Of a stretch of 64,000 nt of DNA, positions 62,945 through 64,000 are shown in pieces (within the stretch, counting starts at the first letter, position 1; every line of letters starts with the position of its first letter). The stretch lies in contig JAHEKE010000018.1 in the NCBI GenBank assembly GCA_024638505.1, positions 6,078 through 70,077 of the forward strand. The letters run 5' to 3'. Under the pieces are notes generated by a model. The model was not told the origin of the DNA, made no database searches, and worked only from the letters and a program-made list of their open reading frames with translations. Source of the stretch: Gammaproteobacteria bacterium (GTDB lineage Bacteria > Pseudomonadota > Gammaproteobacteria > Arenicellales > JAANXG01). A program made the translations under genes and the position numbers.

Positions 62945-63841
62945 GTGAATAAAGAACTGTTTGCGGCAATCAGGTTTTGGGTGGGATACGGGCTTTTCGG
63001 TGGCGTAGTTGTCTACGCACTTTATTACGCACCGAGTGAAATCTGGGGTTTACAATTGCTGTGGATTGGGCTGGCGTCGATCGCCATGTTATTTATGATG
63101 ATCCTACAGACACTCCAGGTTGTGGTCTTCTTGAGATTTCATGATGTCAATCACGGTTGGCAATGGCCAATCTTGTTTACCGTGAGAAAGGGCATATTGA
63201 ACACCGTCTTGCCTGCAAAGGCTGGCACGCTCGTCTTAATAAACACTCTGACAAGGCGATATCCTGTCAAATGGCATCACTATCTCCATTTTTCATTAAT
63301 AGCCTCGTCAGCTTCTGTGGTTACGAGTGGGCTGGCCGTCGCATGGTTGCTTCTCTCCAACACCATGTTTTTGTTTCTTTTTCTAGTAACTTTCTTGTGC
63401 GGTTACCTACTTTCGTGTTTTTTTCCAAATTTCTACATAGGGCGTTACCCGACTCTATTGGTAATCGCCTTAGGTCTTTATGGAACCATGCTGTTGTCAT
63501 TCTGGTGCATCTTGCAGGGGCTGAATTTGTCTATAGGGCTCAAAGACGCTTCATACTTCGCTGTCGCGATAAACACGCTTGCTCAGCTTCCACTAACACC
63601 TGGCAATATGGGTGTTAGAGAAGTTGTCACCGGGCTGGTGGCCCCCTACGTTCGCCTAGACCCGTCGTTGGGTATACTAGCCGGAGCAATTTTTCATGTA
63701 ATTAGAACCACAATCTATGGGTTGACGTTGATTGCGTCGGATTGGTGGGCGAAAAAGTATGATCACGAATCGAAAGACATTCCGCTCGATGTGTCAAGCG
63801 TATCGAAGGCACCAAAAGCGCAGGTGGAGGATGATACTTAG
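62945..63841 (+). CDS. LPG-synthase TM/flippase-like membrane protein (UPF0104-like)
   Basis: About 7-8 TM; NTVLPAKAG and LPLTPGNMGVRE motifs. Confidence 0.75.
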   Translation: MNKELFAAIRFWVGYGLFGGVVVYALYYAPSEIWGLQLLWIGLASIAMLFMMILQTLQVVVFLRFHDVNHGWQWPILFTVRKGILNTVLPAKAGTLVLINTLTRRYPVKWHHYLHFSLIASSASVVTSGLAVAWLLLSNTMFLFLFLVTFLCGYLLSCFFPNFYIGRYPTLLVIALGLYGTMLLSFWCILQGLNLSIGLKDASYFAVAINTLAQLPLTPGNMGVREVVTGLVAPYVRLDPSLGILAGAIFHVIRTTIYGLTLIASDWWAKKYDHESKDIPLDVSSVSKAPKAQVEDDT

Positions 63842-63965
63842 CTATCTATATAAAATTTCATTGCTGTGCAGTTGTCGATTTCTATTTCTGCTTGGGCAGT
63901 TTCACAATAGTGTTGACGTAGCCAAGTTGTCAGTCGATGTTAGTTGACATGCTTATTAGCCGAGA

Positions 63966-64000
63966 ATGGCTGAGAGCATGGTGTCAGTTGTAAAAACATC
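63966..64000 (+). CDS. Possible 5' fragment of the next gene (MAESMVSVVKT...)
   Basis: Open frame to the window end on the same strand as the glycan locus; too short to identify. Confidence 0.25.
   Translation, partial: MAESMVSVVKT

Noticed and set aside
1-64000. Numerous short antisense or overlapping ORFs in the ORF track, and any CRISPR, IS, integron, tRNA or rRNA element
   Set aside because: The short ORFs are shadows of well-supported genes with no motifs or SD. No repeat-spacer arrays, transposase/integrase motifs or structural RNA signatures were seen by eye.

Overview
Chromosomal window from a Gammaproteobacterium, inferred from gene content and order. About 1-29.5 kb is a mosaic of accessory and metabolic genes: a porin, a 3-sulfinopropionyl-CoA desulfinase-type acyl-CoA dehydrogenase, MFS/MATE/SLC13/CDF transporters, an oxaloacetate decarboxylase, thiD, a lone TldD-type protease, ankyrin, DUF3604, PilZ and dodecin genes, a subtilase-metallopeptidase fusion, a flavin monooxygenase and a HAD phosphatase. 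About 29.9-55 kb is the conserved dcw cluster (mraZ to lpxC) followed by dciA, an M23 peptidase, secA, argJ and a mutT fusion. Then come the convergent pilB-pilC-pilD-coaE operon and, divergent from pilB where pilA often lies, a glycan-modification locus (DPM-like GT2, DegT aminotransferase, sulfotransferase, flippase-like protein) that becomes AT-richer and runs off the window end. I saw no rRNA, tRNA, CRISPR array or IS element. Best leads: the pilB-adjacent sulfated amino-sugar glycosylation locus with a G9 tract at its translation start, a probably sigma54-driven secreted dual-mechanism protease, a small tandem (D/E)RR protein, and NrdR-like boxes upstream of the dcw promoter. All calls come from reading motifs by eye; no database searches were run.
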